A stretch of DNA of 35,389 nt, taken from NCBI GenBank assembly GCA_019310125.1, contig JAFDEW010000004.1:1-35389 (forward strand). The letters are read 5' to 3'. Origin of the DNA: Deltaproteobacteria bacterium. GTDB taxonomy: Bacteria > Desulfobacterota > Desulfobacteria > Desulfobacterales > UBA11574. The notes under the pieces were generated by a model, which was not told the origin of the DNA, searched no databases, and saw nothing but the letters and a program-made list of their open reading frames with translations. A program made the position numbers and the translations under genes. Shown here piece after piece: positions 19,337-27,511 of the stretch (positions are counted from its first letter, which is position 1; every line of letters starts with the position of its first letter).

Positions 19337-19755
19337 TGGAGGTGAATAACTTCAATGTCCTGCTGGTCGATGATGAACTGGAATTTTTAGCGACTCTGGT
19401 AAAGCGGCTGACAAAAAGAGGACTCAATATTAGTACGGCAAAAAACGGTGAGGATGCGCTGAAAATAATCGGAGGAAAAGTGATTGATGTGGTGGTTCTG
19501 GATGTAAGGATGCCGGGTATTGGCGGCATACAGACACTAAGAGAAATCAAAAAGAAAGATCCTTTGATGGAAGTAATTATGCTGACCGGCCACGCCAGCG
19601 TAGAAGTGGCCATAGAAGGGATGGAGCTGGGCGCTTTTGATTATCTTATGAAGCCTGCTGATATTGATGAGCTATTTTACAAGCTCCAGGACGCGTTTAA
19701 GAAAAAAACAATTCAGCGAGAGAAAATCAAAAAGCTTGAGGAAATAATAAGATAG
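19333..19755 (+). CDS. Stand-alone response regulator receiver protein
   Basis: LLVDDE, DVRMPG, LTGH, YLMKP. Confidence 0.93.
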   Translation: MMEVNNFNVLLVDDELEFLATLVKRLTKRGLNISTAKNGEDALKIIGGKVIDVVVLDVRMPGIGGIQTLREIKKKDPLMEVIMLTGHASVEVAIEGMELGAFDYLMKPADIDELFYKLQDAFKKKTIQREKIKKLEEIIR

Positions 19756-19783
19756 TAAAAAAAACAAAAGGATCGGTATCGAA

Positions 19784-21082
19784 GTGAATTTTTTTAGACA
19801 GTGGGGTCAATTTATGATGATGGGCGCAAAAGCCCATGCACGGTGGGAGATCGGTGTATCCAATACTATTTTTAGTGATAAAAAACGGCTTTTAATACTC
19901 GGTTTGCTGACCATTCCCATAATATTGGGAGGGATTGCGTTTGCAGATCAGATCGGTGGGGCCCTGCCGAATTTATTGGGCGGCAAGAAAGCTTACAGCC
20001 CTGCTTTTTACAGCACCGGTATATTTATCGTCTCGATCCTTATCGGCTTGGGCGCAGGACTGATTACCGGCTGCATCGGTGCAGGCGGGGGTTTCATAAT
20101 TGCGCCTGCTTTGATGAGCGCGGGTGTTAAAGGTATATTAGCCGTGGGGACAGACCTGTTTCATATTTTTGCAAAGGCCATCATGGGAAGTGTCATTCAT
20201 CGGAAGCTGGGGAATGTGTCCGTTGGCCTTGCAGCGGTCTTTCTGATCGGCGCTATTTTAGGCGCAACCCTCGGCGGTGTCATCAACCGCGTACTTTATG
20301 AGATCAATCCGGTGCTCAGCGACGCATTTATCACAACAGTCTATTCCCTTATGCTGGGTTTTCTTGGTACTTACGCCATGACCGACTTTCTCAGGGCAAA
20401 AAAGGCTGAACGCGGGGACTTTCATGGAAAGGATGCCGATGGCGGAAAAATAGAAGGGGTACAAATGGGAAATCTTCCCAAAAAGCTTCAGGCCATCAAT
20501 ATTCCTCCCAAAGTTAAATTTGATTTTGATCTCACACCAACCGGAAGGAGTATTTCATGGATCTTTCTGGTCTTAAGCGGCGTGCTGGTCGGACTTGCGG
20601 CCGGTATTATGGGCGTTGGCGGCGGCTTTTTAACCTTCCCGATATTTGTCTATATCTTGGGTGTTTCCTCCATGACCACGGTAGGAACAGACATTTTTCA
20701 GATTGTATTTACCGCCGGCTATGCCTCAATCAGCCAATACGCGATTTACGGGTTTATTTTTTATACCCTGGCCATGGGTATGCTGCTGGGATCCCTGGTG
20801 GGTATTCAGATCGGTGCAATTGTTACAAAGGTCGTTCCCGGTATCACGATCCGCGGTTTCTACGCCATGGCTGTCCTGGCCGGTTTTCTAAATCGTATCT
20901 TTGCATTGCCGGCCAAGCTGGGCGCCATGGATGTTATTACAATATCAAAAGGCACAGGCGCTTTCTTAGAGTCCATTGGTGTCTGGGCCTTTTTCATCGT
21001 AATTTCCGGATTCGCGATCTGGGTAATCGGTACGTTCCTTATTAATATCCGGGTGCTTAAAGGTGAGGGGATTAAATCATGA
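19784..21082 (+). CDS. TauE/SafE (sulfite exporter-like) family membrane protein
   Basis: Two repeats: GCIGAGGGFII.P...AVGTD and GIMGVGGGFL.FP...TVGTD. Multi-TM. Confidence 0.9.
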   Translation: MNFFRQWGQFMMMGAKAHARWEIGVSNTIFSDKKRLLILGLLTIPIILGGIAFADQIGGALPNLLGGKKAYSPAFYSTGIFIVSILIGLGAGLITGCIGAGGGFIIAPALMSAGVKGILAVGTDLFHIFAKAIMGSVIHRKLGNVSVGLAAVFLIGAILGATLGGVINRVLYEINPVLSDAFITTVYSLMLGFLGTYAMTDFLRAKKAERGDFHGKDADGGKIEGVQMGNLPKKLQAINIPPKVKFDFDLTPTGRSISWIFLVLSGVLVGLAAGIMGVGGGFLTFPIFVYILGVSSMTTVGTDIFQIVFTAGYASISQYAIYGFIFYTLAMGMLLGSLVGIQIGAIVTKVVPGITIRGFYAMAVLAGFLNRIFALPAKLGAMDVITISKGTGAFLESIGVWAFFIVISGFAIWVIGTFLINIRVLKGEGIKS

Positions 21083-21765
21083 TCGAACATAAGAAAGAAT
21101 TTTATGGCGGTTTTGGATTACTAATCGGGTTTGCAGTCACATTGGGAATAATATTTTCGCCGATTTTCAAGGGCCAAAACGGTTTGCAATATTTAGACAG
21201 CCTGTACAACTCCATATCAAAAGGATCGGCCTATTACATTCAAACAGTGAAAAAAGAAACCGATACGTTTTCCGGAAAATCTGTTCAGGTGGTCATAGAC
21301 ATGGCAGACGAGGCCCGGGCACAACAGACAGCCTCTCTGTTTATGAAAGGCGGCGCACGGGTCAATGTATCCGGAACAGGTTTGAAGGTGGAGGGAGATT
21401 TGAGCAAGATCCTTTCAAACTGTCTCGCCGATGCAGACAGCATGTATATAAATGACGGTCAGACAATCTCTTCCAAATACGGATACAATGAAAGGCAAGT
21501 TCTGTTTAACTGGTGGAAAGCGCTCAAGTCCATGGACAAGGGCCTAAAAAAACAAAAGGAGTTCGAAGCAGCTAAAGTAGTATCTCAAGTTGTAAAAAAG
21601 GCGGTGGAATGTTCTTACAACTATTATAAGATCGAACCTCAGAAAATATCAGACCGGGTTGGAATTGTTATCTTTTCTCTGGTGTTTTATGTTGTCTATA
21701 CCCTCTGGTATGGTTTTTCAGTTATGTATATGTTTGAGGGGTGGGGGCTGAAGCTGGGGCACTAA
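21079..21765 (+). CDS. Hypothetical two-TM membrane protein, partner of the TauE-like protein
   Basis: N- and C-terminal TM segments around a soluble loop. ATGA overlap with the upstream stop. Confidence 0.8.
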   Translation: MIEHKKEFYGGFGLLIGFAVTLGIIFSPIFKGQNGLQYLDSLYNSISKGSAYYIQTVKKETDTFSGKSVQVVIDMADEARAQQTASLFMKGGARVNVSGTGLKVEGDLSKILSNCLADADSMYINDGQTISSKYGYNERQVLFNWWKALKSMDKGLKKQKEFEAAKVVSQVVKKAVECSYNYYKIEPQKISDRVGIVIFSLVFYVVYTLWYGFSVMYMFEGWGLKLGH

Positions 21766-21814
21766 ATACAATTCGTTGGCAATACCATAAAAAAAAACGC
21801 GGCTCTGCCGCTTT

Positions 21815-21864
21815 AAAAAGGCTGAAGGCAGGCTTGGGTTCCATCTTGCTTTTAGCCTTTTTTT
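21815..21864 (+). terminator. Possible intrinsic terminator
   Basis: AAAAAGGCTGAAGGCAGG ... CTTGCTTTTAGCCTTTTTTT stem followed by a T-run. Confidence 0.5.
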
Positions 21865-21964
21865 CTTATATCTTAACAGGAAAGATCGTAATTTTTCAAT
21901 AAATTATAGCGGATGCTGAATCTTAAGGTCCCGGCTTTAATTATTCTCGTAACAGGTTAATGTT

Positions 21965-24559
21965 ATGGGCAAACTGATTAATGGTTTTAAAAAGCTTTTT
22001 ATAAAGAAGCCAAAACTGGATGCTGCTGATGTCGAAGAGCTTCGAATTGCATTTAAGGACAGGTATCACAGTTTCAAGCTCCTATTAAATGCCAACAACA
22101 GAACGCTTGAAATTATGGCCGATATTGAGAGAGCCCTTCAGGGCAAACAACCCTTTGGCATGTCCTTTGTCAGGTCAAGTTGTACGGCTGTATCTGTCAA
22201 TATCTTTAATATGATAAAAAATATAGAAAAGCTCGCCCCGGGCAAGTACGGAAAGCTCAATGACCGGTTCAATAATATCCAGCAATATATAGACCTTTTG
22301 CTATCACAGAAGAAATCCATGGAAGATGAAAGACTTATTTTATCCCTGGATACTGTAAATAAGGAAATGACCGATCTTGTGGGAAGTAAGATGGCTAATT
22401 TAGGAGAAATAAAAAACAGGCTTCAGATCAAAGTTCCCGGAGGATTTGTTATTACAGCGGCCGCCTATGAAAGATTTATAAGGGAAAACGATTTGCAGGC
22501 GGAAATAGACAGGCGCTTTCAGTCCGCCGATGTGGACAATATGGAAAGACTTTACACCCTGAGTTCAGAAATTCAGCAGCTTATTATAGCATCCGTTATT
22601 CCGGATGATCTGGCCGTTTCTATTATGCAGGCATGGAAACACTTTACATCAGAAACCGGAGATCGGACAACTCTGGCCCTGCGAAGCAGCGCTCTGGGGG
22701 AAGATACACAGGAGAGCTCATTTGCGGGTCAATATAGGAGCGAATTAAACGTAAGTATTGAAAGCATTTTCCAGGCGTATAAGGAAGTTATTGCGAGTAA
22801 ATACTCTCTTCAGGCCGTCACCTACCGATTGAACAGGGGATTTAAGGATGAAGATATTTCCATGTGTGTGGGATGCATGGCCATGGTGGATGCTGTTGCG
22901 GGTGGTGTCATGTATTCACGTAATCCCGTTGATGTGAGGGATGACTCGATTTTTATAAACGCTGCATGGGGATTGCCCAAGTCTGTTGTTGACGGTAGTG
23001 ATGCCTGTGACCTTGTTGTTGTTTCAAGAAAAGCCCCCATGGAAATTATTCATGAAGATATAAAAACCAAGAAAAGAAAATTTATCTGCTTTCCCGAAGA
23101 AGGGGTGTGCCGGATGGAGTTGACCGGAAAAACCGGAAATCTGGCCGCCATTGATAAAAATCAGGCATTAGATTTGGCAAAACTTGCGGTTAAGATTGAA
23201 GAATATTATGCAGGGCCCCAGGACATTGAATGGGCTATTGCCCAGGATGGCGCGGTTTATATCTTGCAATGCCGGCCATTGCAGCAAACGGAGATGGAAA
23301 AAAGAGATATCCCTGAATCGGCGATGGAAGCAGATCGTGAGGTCGTGATTACCAGAGGGGGAGTTACCGCAAGCCGCGGCGCAGCCTTCGGGGCAGTTTA
23401 TGTGGTTGAAAAAGGAATAGATATGCTGCGATTTCCCGAGGGTGATATCCTTGTTACACGGCAGGCACTCCCCAGATGGGCCTCCCTCTTAAATCGATCC
23501 GCTGCCGTGGTTACTGAGCAGGGCGGTTTTGCAGGACACCTTGCCAACGTGGCAAGGGAGTTCGGAGTCCCGGCACTCTTTGGGGTGTCCGGTGCTGTAG
23601 ATCGTTTGAGCCATGGAGAAATGGTGACCGTTGATGCCGATTCTCGTGTAATATATCAGGGGAAAATCGAGTCATTGCTGATAAAATCCGAGAAAAAGAA
23701 AAACCTTATGCACGGAAGCCCGGTTTATGAAAATCTAAAACAGGTAAGCAGCCTGATTTTACCCTTAAACTTGCTCAACCCGGATTCTCCTGATTTTAAT
23801 CCGTCCAACTGCAAAACTTTACATGATATTACCCGGTTTATCCATGAAAAATCTGTTCAGGAGATGTTCAAATTTGGCAAGGAACACAATTTTTCCGAAA
23901 AATCAAGCAAACAACTTTATTATAATGTGCCGATGCAGTGGTGGGTATTAAATCTGGATGACGGATTTAAAGAAGAAGTGGAGGGAAAGTATGTTACACT
24001 CGAAAATATTGTCTCTATTCCCATGCTGGCCTTCTGGGACGGGTTCACGGCTATTCCCTGGGACGGCCCCCCCGCAATTGACGGCAAGGGACTCATATCT
24101 GTCATGTTTCAGTCAACTGCTAACAGGGCCTTAACCCCTAGTGTTCGTTCAGCTTATTCCGACCGCAACTATTTTATGATCTCGAAAAATTATTGCAGCT
24201 TAAGTTCCAGGCTCGGGTATCACTTTTCCATTATGGAGGCTCTGGTCAGTGAGCGATCCATTGAAAATTACACAAGCTTCCAATTTAAGGGAGGTGCTGC
24301 AGACTATCATAGACGGCTTAAACGAGTACATTTTATCGGAGAGATATTGGAAAAACATGGTTTCAGAGTCGAAATCAATGAGGACAATCTGATTGCCCGC
24401 GTGGAGGGTCATAAAATGGATTTTATGAAAAATTACCTTGCAATTCTGGGTTACCTGACGCTCCATACCCGTCAACTCGATATGATCATGGCCAATACTG
24501 CCGCCCTGAACCATTATCGATCAAAAATCGATAATGACATTCAGACAATTCTCAACTAA
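21965..24559 (+). CDS. PEP synthase/PPDK-like protein (ATP-grasp + mobile His domain + non-canonical C-terminus)
   Basis: VGSKMANLGE, VPGGF, LRSSA..ED...SFAGQY, QDIEW, LQCRPL. His-domain TEQGGFAGHLANVAREFGVP. The C-terminus (TLHDITRFIHE...) does not resemble the pyruvate TIM barrel. Confidence 0.88.
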   Translation: MGKLINGFKKLFIKKPKLDAADVEELRIAFKDRYHSFKLLLNANNRTLEIMADIERALQGKQPFGMSFVRSSCTAVSVNIFNMIKNIEKLAPGKYGKLNDRFNNIQQYIDLLLSQKKSMEDERLILSLDTVNKEMTDLVGSKMANLGEIKNRLQIKVPGGFVITAAAYERFIRENDLQAEIDRRFQSADVDNMERLYTLSSEIQQLIIASVIPDDLAVSIMQAWKHFTSETGDRTTLALRSSALGEDTQESSFAGQYRSELNVSIESIFQAYKEVIASKYSLQAVTYRLNRGFKDEDISMCVGCMAMVDAVAGGVMYSRNPVDVRDDSIFINAAWGLPKSVVDGSDACDLVVVSRKAPMEIIHEDIKTKKRKFICFPEEGVCRMELTGKTGNLAAIDKNQALDLAKLAVKIEEYYAGPQDIEWAIAQDGAVYILQCRPLQQTEMEKRDIPESAMEADREVVITRGGVTASRGAAFGAVYVVEKGIDMLRFPEGDILVTRQALPRWASLLNRSAAVVTEQGGFAGHLANVAREFGVPALFGVSGAVDRLSHGEMVTVDADSRVIYQGKIESLLIKSEKKKNLMHGSPVYENLKQVSSLILPLNLLNPDSPDFNPSNCKTLHDITRFIHEKSVQEMFKFGKEHNFSEKSSKQLYYNVPMQWWVLNLDDGFKEEVEGKYVTLENIVSIPMLAFWDGFTAIPWDGPPAIDGKGLISVMFQSTANRALTPSVRSAYSDRNYFMISKNYCSLSSRLGYHFSIMEALVSERSIENYTSFQFKGGAADYHRRLKRVHFIGEILEKHGFRVEINEDNLIARVEGHKMDFMKNYLAILGYLTLHTRQLDMIMANTAALNHYRSKIDNDIQTILN

Positions 24560-24606
24560 AAATAAAACCTTGACTGGTTTGAATCCGCATCCTTTGTTTT
24601 CATTTT

Positions 24607-24743
24607 TTTGCAATGTGTAAATAATCCTGACAAACCCGCCACGCAAATCTTATCTTAAAAATTTTTCTTAATTATATAAATACCATTATATTAGCATATT
24701 AGATGTATTTTCCTTTGTTGCTATTTTTGGCATGCCGATTGCT
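24607..24743 (+). promoter_or_regulatory. sigma54 promoter unit 4
   Basis: TGTAAATAATCCTGACA at 24616-24632. TGGCATGCCGATTGCT at 24728-24743. Confidence 0.82.
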
Positions 24744-24782
24744 CTATTTAAAAGAGTCTAAAAGCATGCGTTCCGGGAGGAA

Positions 24783-26471
24783 ATGATGATGCCGGATCAT
24801 TTTTCAACACTAAGGAGAGCCATTCTTACCTGTATGGTCCTGGTTCCATTAATTCCATTCATCCTGGCTCTGGGCACCGGTTATTATTATTTCACGACGT
24901 CTCTTGAGGACAGTTCCATTGAAAGCATGAAAAGAATTGTCGAAGATCACCGGCATATGATCGAGTCTTTTCTCAAAGAGCGGAAAAATGATTTAGATTT
25001 TATTATTCATTCCTATACCTTCGAAAATCTCAGTCAATCTGAAAACCTTGAAACCGTCTTTAATAATTTACAGAAAAAATCCCCGGCGTTTTTTGATCTG
25101 GGAGTTTTCAACCCGTCCGGGGTGCATGTTGCTTATCACGGGCCTTACAGTTTAAAAGGCAAGATTTATAAAGATATGCAATGGTTCAAGGAAGTGATGA
25201 AACATGGATATTATATCAGCGATATTTTTTTAGGGTATCGGCAGATACCGCATTTTGTTATTGCGGTTACCCAGGAGGAGATGGGCAAAAAGTGGGTGCT
25301 TCGGACAACCATTGATACGGTTTCATTCAATAATATTGTAAAAAGTATCCGCATCGGTAAGACCGGAGAGGCCTACATTCTGAATGCAAACGGCTTACTT
25401 CAGACAGAACCGCGTTCCGGCGGAAAACTCATGGACAAAAATCCGCACAACATCAACTATCCGTCATCCGACACCCGCACCGAAATTTTTATAAATAACA
25501 ATGTTAAAGGTGAAAAATATCTATGCACGACCACCTGGCTGCAGAATAAAAAATGGCTGGTGGTGGTCAGACAGGAAAAAGCAGATGCATTCAAAGCACT
25601 TACTTCGGCCGCTTATTTGATTATTCTCATCATGGGGGTTGGCGGGTCGGCGATCACCGTGATTGCGTTTTACCTTACGAATCGTATTGTCGGGCGCATG
25701 GAAAAAATGGATGTTGAAAAGGACCGCTTGAACCAGCAGCTCATCGGAGCGAGTCGACTTGCAGAGCTGGGTGAAATGTCGGCGGGTTTTGCTCATGAGA
25801 TTAACAATCCCCTTCAGATCATCAAAACTGAGCAATCCCTGATCCAAATGACTTTAGAGGACATGAAGAAAGCAGGCCAGCTAAAGGAATCGGAGTCTCT
25901 GGCAGAACTTGAGGATTCCATGGATCAGATCAGACTTCAGATTTCCCGGTGTTCCGAGATTACCCGGGCAATTTTAAAATTGGGCCGGCAGGACGAGCCC
26001 AAACCTCAAGATATAACCCTTAAAGATTTCATTCCGGAAATCACCGGTATGGTGGCTCAAAAGGCCATTGTCCACGGAATTTCAATCGAGCAGGATATTG
26101 CCGAAAACACGGTTCGCATACATGGAGATCCCACCCAATTCCAGCAAGTTTTAGTGAATCTTTATAACAATGCAATAGATGCGATTCTCGAACGTCATGG
26201 AACTTCGGGCGGCAAACTGATTATCAAAGCCGGGCCAAAACAAAACAACCGGGTCGAAATTATGGTCATTGACAATGGCCAAGGAATAAGTCCCGAAAAT
26301 TTGAATAGAATTTTTTCACCGTTTTTTACAACCAAATCGGTTGGGAAAGGAACGGGCTTAGGTCTTTGGATATGTTACGGTATCATCGATAATATGCGCG
26401 GCAGTATGGAGGTCAGCAGTGACGTCGGTGTCGGAACCACCGTCACCATACTGCTACCGGCAGCAGTTTAA
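24783..26471 (+). CDS. Membrane sensor histidine kinase, Cache-type (HK2)
   Basis: Paralog of HK1. AHEINNP, NLYNNA, DNGQG, FFTTK, GTGLGL. GGAGG RBS. Confidence 0.95.
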   Translation: MMMPDHFSTLRRAILTCMVLVPLIPFILALGTGYYYFTTSLEDSSIESMKRIVEDHRHMIESFLKERKNDLDFIIHSYTFENLSQSENLETVFNNLQKKSPAFFDLGVFNPSGVHVAYHGPYSLKGKIYKDMQWFKEVMKHGYYISDIFLGYRQIPHFVIAVTQEEMGKKWVLRTTIDTVSFNNIVKSIRIGKTGEAYILNANGLLQTEPRSGGKLMDKNPHNINYPSSDTRTEIFINNNVKGEKYLCTTTWLQNKKWLVVVRQEKADAFKALTSAAYLIILIMGVGGSAITVIAFYLTNRIVGRMEKMDVEKDRLNQQLIGASRLAELGEMSAGFAHEINNPLQIIKTEQSLIQMTLEDMKKAGQLKESESLAELEDSMDQIRLQISRCSEITRAILKLGRQDEPKPQDITLKDFIPEITGMVAQKAIVHGISIEQDIAENTVRIHGDPTQFQQVLVNLYNNAIDAILERHGTSGGKLIIKAGPKQNNRVEIMVIDNGQGISPENLNRIFSPFFTTKSVGKGTGLGLWICYGIIDNMRGSMEVSSDVGVGTTVTILLPAAV

Positions 26472-26556
26472 ACTAAATGCAGGACTACTGACCTATTGTA
26501 GATTCAGATTCAACATATTTTAATGAAGAATTCACACCTTGAAGGCATATAAAAGA

Positions 26557-26676
26557 TGAACGTCGAACATCGAACATCGAACGTTGAACATCCAATAATG
26601 TATTCTACCATTTATAATAAAGACAAAGCGAAGCGCCTTCCACATTCGACGTTCGACGTTGAACGTTCGATGTTCA
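26557..26676. repeat. Inverted element built of 7-bp tandem units (CGAACAT/CGAACGT)
   Basis: GAACGTCGAACATCGAACATCGAACGTTGAACAT ... TTCGACGTTCGACGTTGAACGTTCGATGTTCA. Confidence 0.8.
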
Positions 26677-26784
26677 AATTGTTACATCTAAAATTACGAC
26701 TAACCCCCCATATTACGTTGAAATTATGTATACAGTCAGGAGTTCTGAAATAAGTCTAAACAATTCGTTAACAGGGAGTCAATT

Positions 26785-27231
26785 ATGAAAAAAATGAGGA
26801 TGATAATAGTGGATGATGAGGAAAGGTTTTTGTCAACCATGAAAAAATTGCTTACCAAAAAAGGGTATGATGTGGTGACCGCCTCAAGCGGGGCAGAGGC
26901 ACTGGAAATAATCGGTGCTCAAAATATCCATGTGGTGATCCTTGATGTTAAAATGCCGGGCATGGATGGGAATGAAACGTTAAGGGAAATTAAAAAGCGA
27001 TTTCCATTGACCGAGGTGATCATGCTCACCGGACACGCGACCATGGAATCCGCGGTGGAAGGCTTAAAATCAGGGGCCATGGATTATTTAATGAAGCCGG
27101 CGGATCTGGATGAAATCATCAAGAAAGCAGAGGATGCTTTCGCAAAAAGACAAAACCTGGAAGAAAAAATTCGTGTGGCCCGGATGCGGAAGATAGTGAA
27201 ATCGCCGAGTGAAATTATTCAGGATTCATAG
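26785..27231 (+). CDS. Stand-alone response regulator receiver protein
   Basis: IIVDDE, DVKMPG, LTGH, YLMKP. Confidence 0.93.
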   Translation: MKKMRMIIVDDEERFLSTMKKLLTKKGYDVVTASSGAEALEIIGAQNIHVVILDVKMPGMDGNETLREIKKRFPLTEVIMLTGHATMESAVEGLKSGAMDYLMKPADLDEIIKKAEDAFAKRQNLEEKIRVARMRKIVKSPSEIIQDS

Positions 27232-27279
27232 AACCTTTTTTCGCTTTTCAGCCAAGTATAGGGAACCCATTTTCTTTTT

Positions 27280-27414
27280 TTTACACTGTGTAAATAATCC
27301 TGACATATACATCCGCACATTCCACCGTTAAAATTTCTCTCAGTCAATTAATTATCAGTTATTTTAAATGGTTATCCAAGTTTGTTTATTGCTTTATCTG
27401 GCATAAAGATTGCT
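27280..27414 (+). promoter_or_regulatory. sigma54 promoter unit 5
   Basis: TGTAAATAATCCTGACA at 27289-27305. TGGCATAAAGATTGCT at 27399-27414. Confidence 0.82.
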
Positions 27415-27511
27415 ATTATTAAACACAAACCTTGTATGAAGAGATTATGGAGCAAAATCATTTTTCAACAAATTACAGACAATTTTATCTAATTCAGTTC
27501 AAGGAGAATGT

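Noticed and set aside
9440-19613. Recurrent antisense ORFs starting MAWPVS(M/I)...
   Set aside because: They are shadows of the conserved receiver genes on the opposite strand.
21965-24559. Annotation as canonical ppsA or rifampin phosphotransferase
   Set aside because: No recognisable pyruvate-binding barrel (ppsA), and the His domain is central rather than C-terminal (rph).
26556-26753. 65-aa ORF MNVEHRTSNVEH...
   Set aside because: It is a translation of the heptamer repeat element with no clear RBS.
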